Below, in pieces: positions 15,039-24,074 of a DNA stretch of 30,283 bases (the first letter of the stretch is position 1; every line of letters starts with the position of its first letter). Source of the stretch: a phage. A program made the position numbers and the translations under genes. The stretch lies in the NCBI GenBank assembly GCA_021534775.1, contig GCA_021534775.1_4809.1, one strand, 5' to 3'. The notes beneath the pieces were generated by a model. The model did not search any database. It saw nothing but the letters and a program-made list of their open reading frames with translations, and was not told the DNA's origin.

Positions 15039-15686
15039 TTATCCTGTGGCCTGCATACTGCGTACATACTTCTGCTCTAATGAATAGATGAAGTCGGCGA
15101 CAGTCAATCCCTTCGTGTGCCATTCATACATGGTGAAGCCTGTATTCAGGAAATAGCCGCGCACCTTGTCCATCGCTTCAGCTTCCTCCATTGAAGCCAT
15201 CAGCGCGGCGACGTTGTCATAAGAAGGCACAAATCCCTTCTTGCGTAGCGCATTGCGCAAATCTTTAGTTCTGAATCCAATCTTGCAAGGGTCATCACGG
15301 CCCGTGGATGATGCAACCTTCGGTAGCGCAAGGAACTCTTTAAGGAACATTGCAATGTTCAAGTCTCCTGCGTCATCAAGCTTCTGGATTCGGTTGCGAC
15401 CGCGCCCCTTGAATTCACTCGCACGAGGGTGAGCGCCAAAACAGTGCGCCCCTTCCAGTTTAGGGTCAATGATCATTACATCTTTACCAATGCGCAGCTC
15501 TACGTAGTAAAGATAAGACTCATCGACAAGCTTTGTACGTTTGCAAGTGATTGAGTCCTTATCATAGCCAAAGCCACGCAACACTGTTGAAATCATCCGG
15601 TTCATTTCTTCGCCGTGAACATCACTTTCTTTGTTCAGTTCACCAAGATGTTGAAAGAATTTAGCGATGTTGATTGCTTTATTCAT
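15039..15686 (-). CDS. Hypothetical protein (215 aa)
   Basis: ORF; start overlaps the stop of the helicase-like gene. Confidence 0.65.
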   Translation of the reverse strand: MNKAINIAKFFQHLGELNKESDVHGEEMNRMISTVLRGFGYDKDSITCKRTKLVDESYLYYVELRIGKDVMIIDPKLEGAHCFGAHPRASEFKGRGRNRIQKLDDAGDLNIAMFLKEFLALPKVASSTGRDDPCKIGFRTKDLRNALRKKGFVPSYDNVAALMASMEEAEAMDKVRGYFLNTGFTMYEWHTKGLTVADFIYSLEQKYVRSMQATG

Positions 15687-17356
15687 CAGAATTCATCCTT
15701 ATCTCTTCCTAAAGAACGTTTGCGTTCAATAACCTTCTTCAAGAATTCAATATCTTCAGGGTCAGACTCATCGCGGATAAGATACGCTAAGATGGTCATT
15801 AAATCAGAAATGTATTCTCCTGCTTCATTCTTAATCAGCGGCGTAAAGTAACCGCGCTGGTTGCGATAGGTCGCAGGCTCAAAGCCAAGCTTTGACATGT
15901 GCGGCGCAAGGGTACGAGAGAAAGGCGACTTGCCGCACTTCGCTCTGAATCCCATAGCGATAGCACCACTGGTGATGTGCCAGCGTCCGCTGTGATGTCG
16001 GTCATAAGGCGCGGTGATGACGACTTCAACAAGGTCGTTGTCAACCATCTCATCACGGATAACGCCGCGCGCACGTTCCATTTCGTTCTTGCTGAACTCA
16101 GTAAGCATGCGAGATGTTTCACCAACAAACGCGTTATAGCCTGCTTCGCCGTGCTTCTCCATCCATGCAGCGCACTCAGCCATCAACTGCCAAACGTCTT
16201 CTTTCAAAGTAGAAAGGTCAGCTTGGAAGTCTTTCGACCAGTTCGGTTGCCCGTCCTTGTCAGCGAGTTGGCCAACAAATATGGGATACACACGACGGTT
16301 GCCCGTGTCATCACGCTGCATGCCTGCGTATTCGTTGCCGTCCATGATAGCAATCCACTGGCGTGGTTTTACCTGCGTATCTTCAAATTTGAAGTCCAGG
16401 TCATCTTCCGTCTTAGTCAGGAATGCTTTCATGTTTTCGATGTCGGCCTTTTTAAAGCCTGTCATCTCGCCAACGTTCGCTATGATTGAGCGGCCCGTAA
16501 TAGCTCGCAAGAACGGGTTGAAGTTCTGCGCGGCTAAGTTCAACGGAATCGGTGTTGCGTGGCGGTCGTTCATAATAGCTTCGCAAAGCAGCTTGCTAAA
16601 ATAACTCTTCCCTGCGTTCTGGCCGCCGATGAGCGCGATGGAGATTGGCGCTTGACAGCCAGGGTTGGTCAGGCGATTATAGAGCGATAGCCAAAAATAC
16701 ACACCGATTTGTCGGTTTAACTCTGTATCGAACGGTCGGAATAGCTCGATAAGGTATTTCTCAATGCGCGCAGTACCGTCCCATTCAGGCAGCTTCTTGT
16801 AGAAGAAGTCCATCAGGTCGTCGCGCTGATAACGCATGGCCCATTCCTTATAGGATTGAGCGACCTGACGTGAGTTTGGGTTGGACAGCCCTGCTGCGTC
16901 GACAGCGGCAACTATCTCTGTGACTTCCAAGGTACGGTCAGTGAATGTTTCGCCGCGATGGTCGACTAAGCGCCCACGAAAAGTATCTTTGTGAGGGAAT
17001 GGAACAACGCCACTTCCCTTATCAAACAACGCGTCGAAAACCGCATAACGGTTCATGTCACTCGTCCGGTCTGCTTGTAGAACGAAGTCATCTTTGGTCG
17101 GCTTGTAGTGAGGGAACTTGATTACCTGAAGTGAGGCGAGCAAGCGTGCTCTTTCAACCAAGTCTTCTTCACCGTAGCATTCCATGCGCTCTGAATCTTT
17201 TTCAACGGCTTTATGTTGAAGGCTGATTTTAGCTCTGGTGCCTTGTTGCTCTGCTGCCTGCATTTCTTCCGAAACGCCTGCATCTTGAATTTCGTCAAAG
17301 ATTGCACCAAATTCATCACCTGTATCCTCTGGAAGATTGTCATTATTAATTGACAT
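15686..17356 (-). CDS. P-loop NTPase, likely primase-associated (VirE/D5-like) replicative helicase
   Basis: 556-aa ORF with Walker A GGQNAGKS and a hydrophobic stretch ending in acidic residues (SIIANVGEM); lies directly downstream of the primase-like gene. Confidence 0.7.
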   Translation of the reverse strand: MSINNDNLPEDTGDEFGAIFDEIQDAGVSEEMQAAEQQGTRAKISLQHKAVEKDSERMECYGEEDLVERARLLASLQVIKFPHYKPTKDDFVLQADRTSDMNRYAVFDALFDKGSGVVPFPHKDTFRGRLVDHRGETFTDRTLEVTEIVAAVDAAGLSNPNSRQVAQSYKEWAMRYQRDDLMDFFYKKLPEWDGTARIEKYLIELFRPFDTELNRQIGVYFWLSLYNRLTNPGCQAPISIALIGGQNAGKSYFSKLLCEAIMNDRHATPIPLNLAAQNFNPFLRAITGRSIIANVGEMTGFKKADIENMKAFLTKTEDDLDFKFEDTQVKPRQWIAIMDGNEYAGMQRDDTGNRRVYPIFVGQLADKDGQPNWSKDFQADLSTLKEDVWQLMAECAAWMEKHGEAGYNAFVGETSRMLTEFSKNEMERARGVIRDEMVDNDLVEVVITAPYDRHHSGRWHITSGAIAMGFRAKCGKSPFSRTLAPHMSKLGFEPATYRNQRGYFTPLIKNEAGEYISDLMTILAYLIRDESDPEDIEFLKKVIERKRSLGRDKDEF

Positions 17357-17422
17357 TTAATCCTCCTGATACGGCTTTGTTATATTGTTGCATGGATATA
17401 TCCTTTCAGGGTGCGGTAAATA

Positions 17423-17442
17423 AACGCCAGAAATCTGGCGTT
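17423..17442 (-). terminator. Stem-loop, possible attenuator or terminator in the minus operon
   Basis: aacgccag aaat ctggcgtt; on the minus strand it is followed by ttattta. Confidence 0.35.
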
Positions 17443-17492
17443 GTATATTAATATAGTAAAACTCAATTTAAAGCAATATAACTGGTGAACTA

Positions 17493-17783
17493 TCAGCAAG
17501 GAAATTGGTTGGCGTATGCCTTTCTCAATTTGTTTACTGATTGAACAGCATGAAGGTATTGGCAATCGGTGAAGATGCGGCGCAAATGATCCATAGAAGA
17601 CAGGTCATCGTTAGTAACCACCAGAATCTCTTCCGAAGGGCAACCAGCTTCTTTGACAATCTCATTGAGATTTGCGCCACTAATTTCTTCAACACGTTTC
17701 ACCTCATCGATACCGTAAACATCAACGGCAACTTCGATGTCGTCATCGCTGATATTTTCACCATAAAGAATTACAATATTCAT
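17493..17783 (-). CDS. Hypothetical protein (96 aa)
   Basis: RBS ggggtgag. Confidence 0.6.
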   Translation of the reverse strand: MNIVILYGENISDDDIEVAVDVYGIDEVKRVEEISGANLNEIVKEAGCPSEEILVVTNDDLSSMDHLRRIFTDCQYLHAVQSVNKLRKAYANQFPC

Positions 17784-17902
17784 TTACTCACCCCTGCCAA
17801 ATAATATGCCATATCCAATACATATAATAGCCCCAGGATGATAACAAGGGAAATGATTAATGTGTATTTCTTTACGGCTTTCATAAGTATCTATACCTAA
17901 AT

Positions 17903-18166
17903 TTACTGTTGAGGATCACCAATGGAGTCTGTCGCATCCCATTCAACGCGTGCTGTGCGCTCTGCTGGTGGGCAACCTTCGCCAGCGTAAAGCTCAACAA
18001 CGCCTTCATGAGAGCAGCACTGGCACTCTACAAGGTCGCCATCTTCCCAGGCACCTTCCTCCGCGTTGCGATGCTGCCGCACCTTGATAACATCGCTCGC
18101 ACAGTTAGGACAAGTCGAGAGATTGCTAGTGACGTTCCAGATGAACTCGTTACGGAAAGCGCCCAT
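17903..18166 (-). CDS. Small Cys4 zinc-ribbon protein (87 aa; start at internal ATG)
   Basis: CPNC...CQCC; RBS agaggtg; the track start at 18247 would overlap the upstream gene. Confidence 0.55.
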   Translation of the reverse strand: MGAFRNEFIWNVTSNLSTCPNCASDVIKVRQHRNAEEGAWEDGDLVECQCCSHEGVVELYAGEGCPPAERTARVEWDATDSIGDPQQ

Positions 18167-18167
18167 G

Positions 18168-18458
18168 CTACACCTCTTGATCTCTTTGCTGTTGAATCGC
18201 GGCTGAAGCTTCGTCAAAATTGACTGGCTCAACGGTGAACGTTGCACTGACCGTAAGGTTTTTAATAGTCAGCAGTGTATTGAATCGTTCGGCCTGAAGA
18301 TTCATAGCGACATGTGTGGACACGTTAAGGATTGCACCAACAACTTCCTCCACTGCGTAGCCTGCAAACAAGGGAAGAATCTGGTTGACAAGCTTAAGCT
18401 CGTTTTCAACACGAAGCTTTTGCGCTTCTTCAACAGTCATCATTTTTGGTTCGTTCAT
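18168..18458 (-). CDS. Hypothetical protein (96 aa)
   Basis: ORF in operon context. Confidence 0.6.
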   Translation of the reverse strand: MNEPKMMTVEEAQKLRVENELKLVNQILPLFAGYAVEEVVGAILNVSTHVAMNLQAERFNTLLTIKNLTVSATFTVEPVNFDEASAAIQQQRDQEV

Positions 18459-18461
18459 CTT

Positions 18462-18608
18462 TTATTCCTTAACAAATTCAGAGTAGTATTGGGCCGCAGC
18501 CGCTTGATGGTGAGCCGTGACGCCTTGAAGGGTCGGAAGCTCTACTGGTTTAGGTTCTAACGACTTTAACAGACCTTCAACCTCGATGTTCAATTCTTCG
18601 CTTTGCAT
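18462..18608 (-). CDS. Small protein (48 aa, MQSEELNIEVEGLLKSLEPK...)
   Basis: Hand-translated ORF; RBS agaggtga 5 nt upstream of ATG; first gene after the promoter at 18638-18665. Confidence 0.45.
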   Translation of the reverse strand: MQSEELNIEVEGLLKSLEPKPVELPTLQGVTAHHQAAAAQYYSEFVKE

Positions 18609-18637
18609 AAATCACCTCTGCTTCAGTTCATAAAATG

Positions 18638-18665
18638 ATTATAGTTGCTATAAAAATAAAAGCAA
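18638..18665 (-). promoter_or_regulatory. Sigma70-like promoter (TTGCTT, 16 nt, TATAAT)
   Basis: Read on the minus strand immediately downstream of the primase-like gene. Confidence 0.5.
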
Positions 18666-18666
18666 A

Positions 18667-19749
18667 CTATTTTATGCCACCTGCACGACGATTTATCATG
18701 TCAAGTTGATTCTCAATATAAGGCATGACGATTGCTTCAACAAAAGCGGTCCAACCTTTCTTGCCTTCCCCTTTCCGGTGACAGTCGTGGGCGCAACCGA
18801 ACACAAACTCATGTTCTGCACCAGGAATAGGGCCACGAAAGTAAGCGCCATACGGGTCTCCGTTGGTGTGCTCTTCACCCCAAGGACAGATTATGCGGCA
18901 CTTGCCTGACATATTTTCAATAACGTCGCCATCAGACCCTTCACCCATCTTGTTGCGCGCTAGAATCTGCTGGGCTATTTTATACCAAACAGCATCGTAC
19001 TTGTATTCATCGACGTCAATTTGAATCTCACGCTTTTGCGGCATGACGACGTGAAAGCCGAATGCCTGACAAATGTCTTCGATGGTGTAGCGCAATGAGT
19101 AGTCTGCATGGACAAGTCGGCAGCGGAACGGGTCACCGTTCTCATCGACATATTTATAGGGGCCGTCATGAGTCACACGCTTGTTGTTGATGCACCCAGG
19201 AACACGGCCCACGCGCGTTACGTCTTTAATCGTGTTGTCGCCGCCCTTCTTGAGTACCATGTTAACGAAAGACCCAAGGAACGCTTTGAACTGAATAAGA
19301 TGGTCAATCGGTTCTTTAAAGAAGTACCAAAGCTGGTGGTTGTTCGGTGACGTCTCGACGATGACAGTTGGCTTCAGTCGCTCGAAAAAGAACTCCAAAT
19401 CTAAATCGCCTTTGGACCCTTTACCGTGACCGATGTCATCAACCATCATCGCCATGCCGTGACCAAAGGCCGACTCTGTACGCCAGTATCGCATCTCACC
19501 CGTCTTTGGGTTGGGAGACTTACGCATTGAACTGATGCAAGCATAGCCGTTTTGGTGCTGCATGAGCGGCTTGCCCAACTTCCAAGGCTTAGGCCAGAAA
19601 CTGCTGTTAATCTTCTTGCCGCGCTCGTCGGTCTGCACCGTTGCTTCAGGCGCAAACACCGTCATGACGCGTTCATCTTCTGGAATGCCTCTTTGGAGTT
19701 CTGTTAAAAACTCTTCGATTATTTTTGCTTCTTCTCTTAAACTAGCCAT
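18667..19749 (-). CDS. Putative DNA primase (archaeo-eukaryotic primase / prim-pol-like) with C-terminal Cys/His cluster
   Basis: MMVDDIGHG (DxD-type motif), SPNNHQLWYF (His motif), RVGRVPGCINNK, and C-terminal CRIICPWGEEH...FGCAHDCH; sits next to the P-loop helicase-like gene. Confidence 0.5.
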   Translation of the reverse strand: MASLREEAKIIEEFLTELQRGIPEDERVMTVFAPEATVQTDERGKKINSSFWPKPWKLGKPLMQHQNGYACISSMRKSPNPKTGEMRYWRTESAFGHGMAMMVDDIGHGKGSKGDLDLEFFFERLKPTVIVETSPNNHQLWYFFKEPIDHLIQFKAFLGSFVNMVLKKGGDNTIKDVTRVGRVPGCINNKRVTHDGPYKYVDENGDPFRCRLVHADYSLRYTIEDICQAFGFHVVMPQKREIQIDVDEYKYDAVWYKIAQQILARNKMGEGSDGDVIENMSGKCRIICPWGEEHTNGDPYGAYFRGPIPGAEHEFVFGCAHDCHRKGEGKKGWTAFVEAIVMPYIENQLDMINRRAGGIK

Positions 19750-19778
19750 CTTTCTTTCCTTCGGTGATCAATACCTGC

Positions 19779-19806
19779 AGTATAATATTGAGTGATACAA
19801 AGTCAA
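19779..19806 (-). promoter_or_regulatory. Sigma70-like promoter for the minus-strand operon (TTGACT, 16 nt, TATACT)
   Basis: Divergent intergenic region; followed by RBS aaggaaag and the ATG at 19749. Confidence 0.55.
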
Positions 19807-19842
19807 CAATATTTACCATTTAGTTCACAATTTCGATTTACT

Positions 19843-19871
19843 TTGCTTTATACTATATCTGCAATTATACT
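19843..19871 (+). promoter_or_regulatory. Sigma70-like promoter for the plus-strand operon (TTGCTT, 17 nt, TATACT)
   Basis: Lies 38 nt upstream of the ATG at 19910. Confidence 0.5.
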
Positions 19872-19909
19872 ATCAGAAAATATTTCCGCACTAACAAAGG
19901 TCGCCTGAA

Positions 19910-20236
19910 ATGAACGAAAAAGATACGAAGCAACGCGAACGTGCAACACACGTCGGCATCGTTGAGTCCTTCCTTAATACCCGAATGAACTCAAGCCTAA
20001 CAATCATGCGATTCTTGGGTCAACCAGACAGAATCAAATTTATTTTTGCCGCAAATCCGGTATCGCTGTACATCCCTGTTGAATCCATGGCATACTTAGT
20101 GCGCGGCGAGCAAGGATGGAAGATACCAAACACAACTGTTTTCTTTAGCCATGTTGATGGTGAGATGTTTGAAAGAAAAGAAGATTGCCATTTTATTCCA
20201 GTCTATCTGGACCTTGAAAGCGTAGTGGAGTTATAA
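19910..20236 (+). CDS. Hypothetical protein (108 aa)
   Basis: ORF; TAATG overlap with the helicase start. Confidence 0.6.
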   Translation: MNEKDTKQRERATHVGIVESFLNTRMNSSLTIMRFLGQPDRIKFIFAANPVSLYIPVESMAYLVRGEQGWKIPNTTVFFSHVDGEMFERKEDCHFIPVYLDLESVVEL

Positions 20237-21420
20237 TGAACATTCCAGAATTTTATGATGAGCCAGCGATTCAGTTTAACGCGCAACAAATTGATGCTAT
20301 CGAAAAGGCCGTTGCATGGTACAAGCGATTGCAGGACGGTAAAACGACGAAGCGCGTGTTTTTCATTGCTGGCTATGCAGGGACTGGTAAAACCTCTATT
20401 GCTCGCGAGATTGTGCGCCGTTGTGTCGGTGAGTATGGCGCTATCTATATTGCGCCGACCGGAAAGGCTGCAAGCCGATTAAAGCAAAAAGGATGTCGTG
20501 GCGCTAAGACACTTCACCAGTTCATCTATAACGTGCGCGGCGTAAATGACGACAATGAGCCAATCTTTTCGAGAAAGTCAAAACTGGACGAAAGGCCGCA
20601 CCTTGTTGTACTCGATGAAGCGTCGATGGTTGGCGAGTGGGACACAGAGCGACTTCTTGATCACCGCATCCCTGTTCTGGCATTAGGCGACATTGGACAA
20701 GTCCCTCCGGTAAAAGCCGCCGCCTACTTTACTGAAGAAGCTGTTGACGTTCTGTTAACAGAAATCATGCGGCAGGGGAAAGAGTCCAACATCATCCGTG
20801 CCTCCTTCTTCGTGCGCCAAGGCAACCGACTTCCTCCGCGTGAATACGATGACGTCAAAGTATTGGCAGAATCGCCGCGCGTTACTGCATTGAAGAAATT
20901 CATGGGCGAAGATGATCAAATTATTTGCTCCTATAATAGCACCAAAGATAAATGGAATTCATTATTACGGCAAGTGAGCGGACGTATAACGCCAATGCCA
21001 GGAATCGGCGAGAAGGTTATTTGCACCTTCAACCAACACGGTCCAGGATTCTGTAATGGCGAGCAAGGGATTGTTATTAGCTATGAGCCAGTGCCGGACT
21101 TTGAAAGGGATGAAGATGAGTCGAATGAAATAATGTATGTCAACTTGCGTTCATTGACTGATGGTAAAGATATAAAGGTAAAGATTAATCCTCTTTCCTT
21201 CTCTACTGATCAGGAAGTGCGCAAAGAAGCGCAACGTGCTGTTGGTGGGATGGACTATGGCTATGTCATCACGGTGCACAAATCGCAAGGCAGCGAGTGG
21301 GACAATGTGTGCGTGCTGGAAGAAATCTTGCGCGGCGTTCCGTACTCCAAGATGATGTACACCGCTATCACCCGTGCTAAGAAGAATCTGACCGTGTACC
21401 GTGATTTGAAAGCGCGTTAA
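20236..21420 (+). CDS. Dda/RecD-like superfamily 1 DNA helicase
   Basis: Walker A GYAGTGKTS, Walker B VVLDEASMV, and C-terminal ITVHKSQGSEWDNV / YTAITRAKKNL motifs. Confidence 0.85.
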   Translation: MNIPEFYDEPAIQFNAQQIDAIEKAVAWYKRLQDGKTTKRVFFIAGYAGTGKTSIAREIVRRCVGEYGAIYIAPTGKAASRLKQKGCRGAKTLHQFIYNVRGVNDDNEPIFSRKSKLDERPHLVVLDEASMVGEWDTERLLDHRIPVLALGDIGQVPPVKAAAYFTEEAVDVLLTEIMRQGKESNIIRASFFVRQGNRLPPREYDDVKVLAESPRVTALKKFMGEDDQIICSYNSTKDKWNSLLRQVSGRITPMPGIGEKVICTFNQHGPGFCNGEQGIVISYEPVPDFERDEDESNEIMYVNLRSLTDGKDIKVKINPLSFSTDQEVRKEAQRAVGGMDYGYVITVHKSQGSEWDNVCVLEEILRGVPYSKMMYTAITRAKKNLTVYRDLKAR

Positions 21421-21579
21421 TGTTGACGTAAATTTACGAAAAATAAAACTGAAAATCAGTTTAATTAAAGTGGCATTGCCGCCATAGTTTTTAGTTGCTA
21501 CTGGCGGCGACTGAAGGCATAATTAAGTTATCCCAAACGGGGAATATAAAATAAACTAATTTATTTAAGGACTGTGAAC

Positions 21580-22419
21580 ATGGCCGAAGCAATCAAAGTA
21601 TTATCCAAAGAAGAAAAACAAGCAGCTGCAGCAGAACGTCGTCGCGTGGCTGAAGAAAAACGCCTGGCTAAAAAGAAAGAAGCCGAAGAAAAACGCCAGA
21701 AGCGTGAGCAGGAAAAACAAGCCAAGCGTGAAGAAGCTGCACTGAAACGCAAGCAGGCCGCTGATGAGAAAGCACAGAAACGTGCTGAAGAAGCAGCGAA
21801 GAAAGCCAAAGAGCGTGCAGAAAAAGCTGCTGCTAAGAAAGCAGAGCGTGAAGCCGCTAAAGCAGCGAAAGAAATCGAAAAGGCAAAGGCTAAAGAAGAA
21901 GCCAAGCGCCTGAAAGCTGAACAAGCTGCTGCTAAGAAAGCAGAGCGTGATCAAGCCCGTGCTGCTGCTAAAGCAGAGAAGGAAAAGGCTAAAGAAGAAG
22001 CGAAAGCCAAACGCAAGGCAGAGCGTGAAGCTGCTAAGATTGCGGCGAAAGAAGCTGCAGAACAGCAGAAAGAACAGCGTAAGCAAGAAGCTGAAGAACG
22101 TCGCAAGGCTATCGCAGAGCGTAAGGCTGCTAAAAAGGCAAACGGTCAGCGTCGTGCAAAAGCTACTCACTTCATCTACACTGGCAACGGCCTGAGCCAG
22201 CCGCAAGAGCATTCCACCCGTGGACGCGTTCTGGCGGCGATCAAAGAAGGCGAAGTTGGCGTGGCGCAGTCTATCGATGAGCTGGGCGAAAAAGTTAAAG
22301 ATCAACTGTTTGGTGCTTCCGTTCGCTCCTACCTGAGCAAGCTGGAAGAGATGGGCCACATCGAGTTTGTCGATGTTGAATCCAACGACGATGCCGAAGA
22401 CGGTGATCAAGCGGAATAA
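21580..22419 (+). CDS. K/E/A-rich charged protein with a globular C-terminal domain (possible winged-helix)
   Basis: About 190 aa of KAEKEAAK-type low-complexity charged helix, then RGRVLAAIKEGEVGVAQSIDELGEKVKDQLFGASVRSYLSKLEEMGHIE; start taken at the ATG with RBS aagga rather than the track GTG at 21574. Confidence 0.65.
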   Translation: MAEAIKVLSKEEKQAAAAERRRVAEEKRLAKKKEAEEKRQKREQEKQAKREEAALKRKQAADEKAQKRAEEAAKKAKERAEKAAAKKAEREAAKAAKEIEKAKAKEEAKRLKAEQAAAKKAERDQARAAAKAEKEKAKEEAKAKRKAEREAAKIAAKEAAEQQKEQRKQEAEERRKAIAERKAAKKANGQRRAKATHFIYTGNGLSQPQEHSTRGRVLAAIKEGEVGVAQSIDELGEKVKDQLFGASVRSYLSKLEEMGHIEFVDVESNDDAEDGDQAE

Positions 22420-22447
22420 CCTGTAGGACGGTTATATAGCGGTAATT

Positions 22448-22475
22448 GACCCACACTTGTTGTGGGTCTTTTTTC
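22448..22475 (+). terminator. Intrinsic terminator
   Basis: gacccacac ttgt tgtgggtc followed by tttttt. Confidence 0.75.
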
Positions 22476-22500
22476 GTCTGTACTAAATAGAAATGACTTG

Positions 22501-22529
22501 TTGCTGTAAAATAATTTAGCTATTATACT
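22501..22529 (+). promoter_or_regulatory. Sigma70-like promoter (TTGCTG, 17 nt, TATACT) for the enzyme operon
   Basis: Lies between the terminator and the ATG at 22560. Confidence 0.5.
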
Positions 22530-22559
22530 TCTCATATCACCCACAAAGGACAAATGAAC

Positions 22560-23549
22560 ATGAAACAACCTGTAATGATTATCGGCGGCGGTTTGGCAGG
22601 ACTTATTACCGCGTGTCACTTCCCGAACTCTATTGTGTACGAAGCAGGGGAGCGAGCGCCACAGCACAAGGCGCTGCTACGCTTTCGCGGCGAAGAAGTA
22701 AGCCGTATTACCGGAATCCCTTTTAAGGCAGTGACAGTTGACAAGGCTGTGTATTTTCGCGGTAACTACTATCACGACCATTGCCCAATCAACCTTGCCA
22801 ATATGTATTCGATGAAGGTCACCAATCAGTTTGGCAGTCGCTCAATCATGAAGCTTAAAGCTGCAACGCGTTATATTGCGCCAGACGACTTCTATGATCA
22901 GCTTGTCGATAAACTGGGGGACCGTATATTCTTTAACACTCCGGTTGACACTCTTTGCGGCTATAGCGAGACGCCAATCATCAACACGTCGCCGCTGCCA
23001 GTTATGATGAAGCTGGCTGGGATTGATCAAAAGCTTGATTTTTCATTTGATAAAGCAAACATTCGTGTTTACCGCTTTAAGATTAAACGTAAGTGTGAGT
23101 TGTATCAGACAATTTACTTCCCTGACTACTCCGTCAGAACTTACCGCGCATCAATCACTGGTGACACACTTATCATCGAAACCATTCCTTTGGTCAGCGT
23201 AAGTGCAGCTGCAGTTGAAGCCGCTGGCGGCATCACTCGTTACCGCGACATGAAGCTTCGCGCAGAAGTCGACGAAGTGTTGACAGCCTTTGGCCTCTCA
23301 TGGAGTGACATTGCTCTTGAAGAAGTTGAAAAGGTCGACCAGAAATATGGCAAGATCGTCGACATTCCGAAGGACTTGCGACACGCCCTACTCCTGCAGC
23401 TGACTATGGATTTGAACGTGTTTAGTGTCGGTCGATTTGCTACCTGGCGCAACATTTTGCTTGATGATGTCGCTCATGACCTTGTTGAAGTTGAAAAACT
23501 CATCAAAGCAAATAACTATCAAAAATTTGCTTATATTGCTAATAAATAA
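22560..23549 (+). CDS. Rossmann-fold FAD/NAD(P)-binding oxidoreductase-like protein
   Basis: N-terminal dinucleotide-binding motif MIIGGGLAGL (GxGxxG); start at ATG 22560 fits the RBS aagga better than the track start at 22554. Confidence 0.65.
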   Translation: MKQPVMIIGGGLAGLITACHFPNSIVYEAGERAPQHKALLRFRGEEVSRITGIPFKAVTVDKAVYFRGNYYHDHCPINLANMYSMKVTNQFGSRSIMKLKAATRYIAPDDFYDQLVDKLGDRIFFNTPVDTLCGYSETPIINTSPLPVMMKLAGIDQKLDFSFDKANIRVYRFKIKRKCELYQTIYFPDYSVRTYRASITGDTLIIETIPLVSVSAAAVEAAGGITRYRDMKLRAEVDEVLTAFGLSWSDIALEEVEKVDQKYGKIVDIPKDLRHALLLQLTMDLNVFSVGRFATWRNILLDDVAHDLVEVEKLIKANNYQKFAYIANK

Positions 23550-23550
23550 T

Positions 23551-23578
23551 TTGCTTTCTGCTTCAATGGGCGTATACT
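23551..23578 (+). promoter_or_regulatory. Sigma70-like promoter (TTGCTT, 16 nt, TATACT) overlapped by an inverted repeat
   Basis: Inverted repeat ctgcttcaatg (23559-23569) / cattgaagcag (23585-23595) brackets the -10. Confidence 0.45.
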
Positions 23579-23614
23579 TTAATCATTGAAGCAGAACTCA
23601 TAGAGGAAACGAAA

Positions 23615-24061
23615 ATGAAACGAATCACTGGAATCGCGCTTGCCGCAACCGCTATTCTCGGCACCATGTATATGGAAGCTACTGAAGCAGCTGTCCGCAC
23701 TTCCGATTCAATCGCTGTGTATGATTGCGAAGCGATGGACGGTAAAACCGCAGCAGCCACTGGCGCAACTATCACGGCTTACATCGGCGTGAACGAGCAA
23801 GAAGGTCTGAATATTCAGATTCAAGGATTCACAGGCAAAGGTGCCAACCGCACTCCTTGGATGCAACGTTTCACTTTCGTTCAGCCTCGTTCAACTGGCG
23901 GCTTTATCAACCTGATTGGTGAAAACCGTTCTGGTGCAGAAATCTTTACATCAATGAGTTCTAATAATGAACCAAAGAAAAGTTTTCAGTTGCTTTATAA
24001 CGCACAATTCGTTTATCATTGCACCTTCTCTGGTGATCAGCAACTAGTAAATTACCGTTAA
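23615..24061 (+). CDS. Putative secreted or periplasmic protein (148 aa)
   Basis: N-terminal signal-peptide-like segment MKRITGIALAATAILG; no lipobox cysteine. Confidence 0.6.
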   Translation: MKRITGIALAATAILGTMYMEATEAAVRTSDSIAVYDCEAMDGKTAAATGATITAYIGVNEQEGLNIQIQGFTGKGANRTPWMQRFTFVQPRSTGGFINLIGENRSGAEIFTSMSSNNEPKKSFQLLYNAQFVYHCTFSGDQQLVNYR

Positions 24062-24074
24062 TAGGATAATTAAA

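Noticed and set aside
15835-16604. ORFs 15835-16128 (-), 15899-16489 (+) and 16257-16604 (+) inside the helicase-like gene
   Set aside because: Nested in or antisense to a 556-aa CDS with a Walker A motif.
17380-17804. ORFs 17380-17565 (-) and 17541-17804 (+)
   Set aside because: Overlap the better-supported gene 17493-17783 or the stem-loop at 17423-17442; no RBS.
21561-22410. Minus-strand ORFs 21601-22410 (269 aa) and 21561-21905, and plus-strand ORF 21947-22195
   Set aside because: Mirror or alternate frames of the K/E/A-rich gene; the Phe/Leu/Ser-rich translation is the expected artefact of low-complexity coding DNA.
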